Shown here: positions 58,469 through 64,000 of the stretch, piece after piece
How positions within the stretch are numbered: position 1 is the stretch's first letter
Layout: each line of letters begins with the position of its first letter
Source: Gemmatimonadota bacterium
GTDB lineage: Bacteria; Gemmatimonadota; Gemmatimonadetes; Palauibacterales; KS3-K002
Assembly (NCBI GenBank): GCA_039586795.1
Contig: JBDHJS010000001.1
Span: forward strand, 96,001 to 160,000
Direction: 5' to 3'
DNA: 64,000 nt
Made by a program: the position numbers and the translations under genes
The notes under the pieces: model-generated
Told to the model about the DNA's origin: nothing
Databases searched by the model: none
What the model saw: the letters and a program-made list of their open reading frames with translations, nothing else

Positions 58469-61018
58469 TTAGCGGTTCGACACGATGAGTTTGCGCGTCT
58501 CGACCACAGTGCCAGCCCGCATGCGCATCACGTAGAGTCCGGCGCCGACCAACGTGCCCCGATCGCTTCGCCCGTCCCAGCGAATTGCGTGACGACCTGG
58601 CGCGAGGTCCTCGGCCATCACCGTGCGTATCTTCTGGCCACGCACGTTGAAGACCTCCACGACCACGTGCACCGTTCCGCTTGAGCCGACGATTCCTGAC
58701 TCACCCGACAGGGATGGCGTCGTTGGCTGCGGAATCTCCAGATCGAGCTGTGTACCCGATAGTCCGATAGGGTTCGGGTAGGGCTCGCTCAACCGGAACC
58801 GGTTCGGCATCGTTGTCAGCGTTGCCGTTCCCACGTTCGCGCTCCGGACGATGCCGAGCAGATCGGCGAGGCGCATCTGTGTCAGCTCGAGACCCGGGTC
58901 CTCGTCGTCGGAGCCCTGCATGAAGACGGGCAGGCGCATCAACGGCCCTTCTCCGGCTGCGAGCACGTCGCCGGCCTCACCGTACACGAGCACGATCAGC
59001 TCGCCGCCGAGGTCGCGAGACTGTAACCGGAAGCCGTTCGCCCGGTCCGTCAGCTCCGGTGTGCCTACCCGCACCCGGCCAGGATCGTACTCGATGCGCG
59101 CCTGGATCCCGGCTGTGCCGGTGCCCAGGTCTGCCTCGAGCATCACGGTCCTCTGGCCGGTGATCGGGTCGACGGGCGCCTCATCGAGGCGCGCGACTCC
59201 TCGCACGCTCGTTGCCGCCGGGGCAGCGGCGAGCAGCTGAGCAGGTCCAGGGCCGAGAATCAGGTTGACGATGCACACGACGTCGCCGATATCCAGCGAG
59301 GTATCCGGTGTGCAGTCTGCCGAGACAAACTCCAGCGCCGTGGGTGTGCTGATCTCGAGGATGAAGTCGACCAGCAGGACCACATCTGCGACGTTGATCA
59401 CGCCGTCGTCGTTGATATCACCCAGGGTAGTCGGGATGACCTGACCGAACCACGTGCCCCATGTGCTGCTGGGGTCTTTCGCGTATTCGGCGAACATCCA
59501 GATGCGATTGCCGGCAGTGGGGTCGAGGGCGATTCCGTTGTAGTCACCCCACCGGTTCCGCCCGTCACTCGCCGTCCTTACATAGTTCGCCTCGCCCGCC
59601 TTCAATTCGGCGCTTGGCTGAAGCGCGACATCGGTCGGCGTGCGACCCGTGTACCGGATGCCGATATACTCATCGGTACACGACTGGTTGTAGACGATCA
59701 CCATGTTGCTGGCGGAGTCCGCCATGATGGCCGGGTAGTAGAGCCAGCAGTCATCGCTGCCGAACGAGACGTCCTCCAACACCGTTGGTCCGGTAACGTC
59801 GATCCGCACGTAGCGCGCGCGCGCGAACTGACCCGTGGCATCGGCTACGCTGTGGGCAGTCCATATCGAGCCGTCACGGTAGACGGCGTTCCGTACCCGC
59901 GGGCCGCCGACATCGATGGCCGTGGTCGAGCCGCCCAGTTGGTCAGCGTCGGGCGGCACGAGACGCGACGTGGTCGCGACGTTCGTTGCCGTCAGTGTCG
60001 GCGTAGGGCTGGTGGGATTGGTGAGCGACCAGAGCGTCATCGTCGTGCCGGTAACGAACGGCGAATCATTGATCAGATACTCGACGCCCGGCGTGCCGAA
60101 GGTATGAGCCGGTCGCACCGTGAACACCGAGACTGTCGTGAAGCTTGGATCGCGCAGGTCCCAGAAGTCGGTCCATGTGACTGCGGGACATGCCGGGTCG
60201 TAAAGTGTCGATTTAGGGAGGATGCGGAGCTTTACGTAACGGAATATTCCGTTGGTCCAGCTGAACTGGTTTCCGGAGATGTAGACGGCGTCCTGGTCGA
60301 ACCCAACGCCCTGGTAGTCGATACCGGTGGAGTCCGGGGTCGTGCCGTTCGTGTTGCCCGGCATCACCCAGTTGCACCAGTTGCCGTTGGGGTCGGAGTC
60401 ATCGGACACCGACACGAGGATCTCGGAGAACGACACGAAGTCGCCGGCGATCCACACCATGACCCAACGGTCGGCAAAGTGATCGTAGAAGACCTTCGGG
60501 TCGAACGCGTTGTTGGTCGGTGACACGTTGGAGTACCACGACCGTGCGTTTACCTGCTGGAGATTAGTGCCCGTCTTGTCAAAGATGGCGAATACCGTGT
60601 TCACGAGGCCCATCAAGTGATTGGGACCGGCCGCCACGATCGGGTCCGGCGGAATGAATGAGGTTTGGTTAATGCCCGAAAAATCGGTCACGAGACCGGG
60701 CGCCCGAGCACCGGTTGGAGCTCGGAGCATGAGCAGTCGACTCAGATCATCCTGCTCGTTCGAGCCGACGGGCGCTGAACGCATCAGCCCAATCGGATCG
60801 GCCCTCAGATCGATGTGGTGCTTGGGAGCGCGCCAGATGTCGAACGGCGCCGACGGCGCCATGGCTGGAAACGACCCGGTGCTGGTGACCATCCCCGCCG
60901 CCGACGTGCCCTGCGCCGGGCCTTGAGAGGTCTGGGCAGTCGTCTCAGCGGGTAGCGCGATGACTGTCAGCCACGAAAGGACGATACCGACTGCTACCGC
61001 GTTTGCTCTCTTACCCAT
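58469..61018 (-). CDS. Secreted multidomain protein: PPDP...RWGDY domain, dockerin, cohesin-like, FlgD-Ig/T9SS-type CTD
   Basis: Signal peptide; GDINDDGVINVADVV/ADCTPDTSLDIGDVV; AGIQARIEYDP; PYPNP...FNVRGQKIR...WDGR...GLY...RKL. Confidence 0.8.
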   Translation of the reverse strand: MGKRANAVAVGIVLSWLTVIALPAETTAQTSQGPAQGTSAAGMVTSTGSFPAMAPSAPFDIWRAPKHHIDLRADPIGLMRSAPVGSNEQDDLSRLLMLRAPTGARAPGLVTDFSGINQTSFIPPDPIVAAGPNHLMGLVNTVFAIFDKTGTNLQQVNARSWYSNVSPTNNAFDPKVFYDHFADRWVMVWIAGDFVSFSEILVSVSDDSDPNGNWCNWVMPGNTNGTTPDSTGIDYQGVGFDQDAVYISGNQFSWTNGIFRYVKLRILPKSTLYDPACPAVTWTDFWDLRDPSFTTVSVFTVRPAHTFGTPGVEYLINDSPFVTGTTMTLWSLTNPTSPTPTLTATNVATTSRLVPPDADQLGGSTTAIDVGGPRVRNAVYRDGSIWTAHSVADATGQFARARYVRIDVTGPTVLEDVSFGSDDCWLYYPAIMADSASNMVIVYNQSCTDEYIGIRYTGRTPTDVALQPSAELKAGEANYVRTASDGRNRWGDYNGIALDPTAGNRIWMFAEYAKDPSSTWGTWFGQVIPTTLGDINDDGVINVADVVLLVDFILEISTPTALEFVSADCTPDTSLDIGDVVCIVNLILGPGPAQLLAAAPAATSVRGVARLDEAPVDPITGQRTVMLEADLGTGTAGIQARIEYDPGRVRVGTPELTDRANGFRLQSRDLGGELIVLVYGEAGDVLAAGEGPLMRLPVFMQGSDDEDPGLELTQMRLADLLGIVRSANVGTATLTTMPNRFRLSEPYPNPIGLSGTQLDLEIPQPTTPSLSGESGIVGSSGTVHVVVEVFNVRGQKIRTVMAEDLAPGRHAIRWDGRSDRGTLVGAGLYVMRMRAGTVVETRKLIVSNR

Positions 61019-61152
61019 GTCACGCTCCAAGCGATTCTCTGTTTGTGTCCGTCAAGCTCGTACCAACGCCTGACTCTACTGTAGTCCTATCAGCTCCGCT
61101 GCGGCGCGTTTTGCGGCACACACAGCGCGCCAATACCCGGAACCCGCTGATG

Positions 61153-61665
61153 CTAGCGGGCGCCAGAATCGAATCTCATTTCGACCTGGGTGTATTCTCC
61201 CGGCCGAACGGTGAAAGGCAGGGGCTGAGCGCGGGGCTCGTGGACGAGCTGGGCGCTCTCCGGAATCAGTATGTAGTCACCGGGATCGAGCGAAAGTCGG
61301 AATCTCCCGTCTTCGCCGGACGAGATTGTCGCAACCGTATCACCGGATTCTGAGTGGCGGACCACCAAGCGAGTGCTGTACGGCCGGTCCGGGCAGTCCT
61401 GACCTTCCTCTTGGGCGGGACAGCGAGGCCCCAGAGTGACCAACCCCTGGACACCCGATTCCGAATCACTCTTGTTCGTCATCGCGTCCGCCGTGATCAA
61501 CTCGTTTGCCGTGCCAGCCGTCTCATCGAGGTTCTCTTCCCCGGCAGCGCTCGGTTCTTCTACGGCATCCGGTACGTCTGGCCGCTCTTCGTCCCCCGAC
61601 CGGCATGCGGCCAATCCAACCAGTAGAGCGAGGGCCAGTACTGGGCCGAGTTTTGGGAGCATCAT
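61153..61665 (-). CDS. Lipoprotein with carboxypeptidase-regulatory-like (prealbumin fold) domain
   Basis: LAAC lipobox; GVQGLVTLGPRCP..CPDRP; SGEDGRF..L.PGDY. Confidence 0.75.
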   Translation of the reverse strand: MMLPKLGPVLALALLVGLAACRSGDEERPDVPDAVEEPSAAGEENLDETAGTANELITADAMTNKSDSESGVQGLVTLGPRCPAQEEGQDCPDRPYSTRLVVRHSESGDTVATISSGEDGRFRLSLDPGDYILIPESAQLVHEPRAQPLPFTVRPGEYTQVEMRFDSGAR

Positions 61666-61855
61666 TCCTCCGCGTGGCCTTCACGAACTGGAACGGCTAC
61701 CAACTACGCCCCAGCCTACAGGGACGAATGAGAACAGGGAGAGCGACAAGGTTTGCCGGCGACTACGGTCGCGGCGCATAAGTAGATCTCAATATAGTGC
61801 AAGCGTCGTTTCGGGACAGGGCCCGAAACGACGGCGAAGGGGACAGGGAAGGTGC

Positions 61856-62461
61856 TCAGAACCAGGTATCGACCGTACCGGCGATCTTCTCGTAGCCCAC
61901 AAACTTACCGTCCGCCACGGACAGTCGGCCGAGGAAGTCGTGCCCGAACCGCGTACGAATGAAGTGCTCAATCGGCTCGCCGACGAAGGCGGCCACGAGA
62001 CCCGCGATGACGCCTGCGTGAGTCACGAGCAACACCGACTCTTTCCCGTGGCGTGACTCCAGCCTCCTGGTGAACTCAACCGCTCGAGCCTGCACCTCAT
62101 CCCAAGATTCGCCGCCCGGGTAGCGGAACTGGCCAAGCACGGCTTCCGTGGGCACGCGCTCGCGAACCTCCTTGAAGGAGAGACCCTCGAACTCGCCGGC
62201 ATCGATCTCCGAGAGCGCGACCTCGGTCTCCAGTGGGATCTGTTGCTGCAACGTGTCGAGCACGAGGGCAGCCGTTCGCTGCGTACGGGCCTGGGGGCTG
62301 ACGTATATGCGGGAGAGGTGGAGACCGTTGAGGTGCTCGGCGACCTGGATGGGGTGTTGCTTTCCGGCCTCGGTGAACGGTGAGTCCCCACGGCCCATCA
62401 GGATCTGCCCGACGTTCGCCTCGGTCTCACCGTGCCGCATGATGTAAGCATTGAGTGTCAT
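61856..62461 (-). CDS. Histidine phosphatase (phosphoglycerate mutase) family protein
   Basis: MRHGET, SP..RTQ.TA, EIDAGEFEG, PGGES, VTHAG; the ORF-track extension is repeat-derived. Confidence 0.9.
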   Translation of the reverse strand: MTLNAYIMRHGETEANVGQILMGRGDSPFTEAGKQHPIQVAEHLNGLHLSRIYVSPQARTQRTAALVLDTLQQQIPLETEVALSEIDAGEFEGLSFKEVRERVPTEAVLGQFRYPGGESWDEVQARAVEFTRRLESRHGKESVLLVTHAGVIAGLVAAFVGEPIEHFIRTRFGHDFLGRLSVADGKFVGYEKIAGTVDTWF

Positions 62462-62504
62462 GAGACCAATCCTAATCATCATTCTCGGCTTGGGAAGTAG
62501 GAAG

Positions 62505-62767
62505 AGGATAGACGATAGAGGATAGACGACAGCCGACAGCCAACGCTCGACGCCCGAGTAAACATCTCGCCGACCGACGCCCGATGACCGACGTGCGTCG
62601 GACGACGTTCTCGAGTATCGAGGGTCGGCTGATGATCGCGAGCGTCGAACGTCGAGCGTAGGGCGTCGATCGCCGAATAGGATTCGGGCGTCGAGCGGTG
62701 GCTGTCGGCTGTCGGCTGTCGAAATAGTCCCGGACGTCGAGCGCCGGCTGTCCGCTGTCGGCTGTCG
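62505..62767. repeat. Heptamer-built intergenic palindrome (GACAGCC/GGCTGTC arrays)
   Basis: 31-bp inverted repeat 62527-62557 / 62684-62714 with 1 mismatch; partial extra right arm 62733-62767. Confidence 0.85.
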
Positions 62768-62872
62768 AGTAATCCCTTCCTTTTTCGGCCCTTGCTCAGA
62801 GCCTGAATCTCTCCTACGTTGCCGCGCTTCCTCAAGCGAAATTCCCACATGTGCACGCGTCAGGAGAGCGAT

Positions 62873-64000
62873 ATGCTACACACGACGATCATTGCGCTCT
62901 ACGTCTTGCTGCTGTTCGGCGTGGCGCTGGCGAAATCGCGCAAGATCAAGACCCAGGACGACTTCATGGTGGCGGGCCGGCACGTGCCGGTACTGCTGTT
63001 GGTCGGCACGCTGGTTTGCACGTGGATCGGCTCGGGCAGTCTGTTCGGAGGGGCCGGGCTGGCCTTTCGAAACGGCTTCTCGCAACTGTGGATGAGCGCC
63101 GGCGCCTGGGTGGGCATCGCCGTTGTTTATTTCCTGGCGCACCGTGTGCGCCGGATCGCCCAGTATACCGTCCCGGACGTGCTGGAGAAGCGTTACAACA
63201 AATGGGCGAGGATCCTGGGCACGATCGCCGTGATCATCGCCTACGTGTCTATCGCCGGGTACCAGTTCCGGGGTGGCGGCCGGTTGCTGAATATCATCAC
63301 GGAAGGTGGGATCAGCCCCGAGACCGGCGCCCTGATTACCTGCATCGTGATCATCGTCTTCACACTGCTCGCCGGCATGGTGTCGATCGTATCGATCGAC
63401 TTATTCAATGGCATCGTGATGACGGGGGCGATCCTGCTTGCGGTGCCATTCGCTCTGGACGCGGCGGGAGGTTGGACCGAGGTAACGACGACGCTACCAG
63501 CCGACCACTTTCAGGTCTTCGGCAGCAGGGATTGGCTGTGGGCGGTTGGGGTCTTCTTCCCGACGTTCTTCTTGCTGCTGGGTGAGAGCAGCATATACCA
63601 GAAGTTCTTCTCCGCCGAAAGCGAGTCCGCTGCACGCAAAGCGGTCATCGGCATGATCCTCGGTGTGGTGATACTGGAGACCCTGCTGGCCGCCGTGGCG
63701 GTCATCGGATCGAGCATCTATTGGGCCGACTCCGCGTTCGCGGATTCCGCAGTCACCGAGACCATCGTTCTTCAGCTGGCGGCGACCAACCTGCCCGCGC
63801 TGATGGGGGCGCTGCTGCTGGCGGGCGGCGTGGCGATCATCCTGTCGACCGGAAACACGTTCCTGATGATCCCGTCAACGAATCTGACGCGGGATATCTA
63901 CCAGCGTTTCATCAATCCGGAAGTCGGCGACAAGGCGATCATTCGCTTTCAGAGAATCATGATCGTGGTACTGGGTCTGAGCGCGCTTCTCATGGCAACC
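62873..64000 (+). CDS. Sodium:solute symporter family protein (3' truncated by window)
   Basis: AGGAG RBS; DDFMVAGR, TWIGSGS..GGAGLA, YTVPDVLEKRY, AGMVSIV.ID, YQKFFSA, AIILST, RDIY. Confidence 0.93.
   Translation, partial: MLHTTIIALYVLLLFGVALAKSRKIKTQDDFMVAGRHVPVLLLVGTLVCTWIGSGSLFGGAGLAFRNGFSQLWMSAGAWVGIAVVYFLAHRVRRIAQYTVPDVLEKRYNKWARILGTIAVIIAYVSIAGYQFRGGGRLLNIITEGGISPETGALITCIVIIVFTLLAGMVSIVSIDLFNGIVMTGAILLAVPFALDAAGGWTEVTTTLPADHFQVFGSRDWLWAVGVFFPTFFLLLGESSIYQKFFSAESESAARKAVIGMILGVVILETLLAAVAVIGSSIYWADSAFADSAVTETIVLQLAATNLPALMGALLLAGGVAIILSTGNTFLMIPSTNLTRDIYQRFINPEVGDKAIIRFQRIMIVVLGLSALLMAT

Noticed and set aside
56267..61018. True cellulosome
   Set aside because: No multi-cohesin scaffoldin, CBM3 or glycoside hydrolase recognised
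62462..62856. N-terminal extension of the histidine phosphatase and ORF 62479-62856
   Set aside because: RQPTADS-type sequence is read-through of the repeat element
62851..63585. ORF-track 244-aa protein
   Set aside because: Wrong frame; the real gene is the SSS symporter from 62873 running off the window

Overview
GC-rich, gene-dense bacterial chromosomal segment, most likely from a diderm of the Gemmatimonadota/FCB group (inferred from GWxTD, PorV-like, PorX-like and FlgD/T9SS-CTD proteins together with a short-type GyrB; not verified). About 57 protein-coding genes; I found no rRNA, tRNA, CRISPR array, IS or prophage. Housekeeping: recF-dciA(DUF721)-gyrB, HU, kbl, rpe, serA with a class V aminotransferase, an msbA/lpxL-like envelope operon, and many secreted peptidases and amidohydrolases. 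Highlights: (1) a 3-gene cassette (dockerin+cohesin+CTD cargo, PorV-like barrel, cohesin lipoprotein) that could build a non-cellulosomal surface scaffold; (2) a JAB + Ubl-E1-rhodanese sulfur-relay locus whose upstream cysteine synthase survives only as a C-terminal remnant; (3) a PorX-like receiver-PglZ protein translationally coupled between TonB and MsbA/LpxL; (4) apparent pseudo-enzymes (DEAD-box protein with DGAS, HisF paralog lacking both catalytic Asp); (5) a histone H1-like tail on GyrB; (6) a terminator in the serine-operon leader, heptamer-repeat palindromes and a recurring 27-bp spaced palindrome. All calls come from reading motifs by eye; no searches were run.
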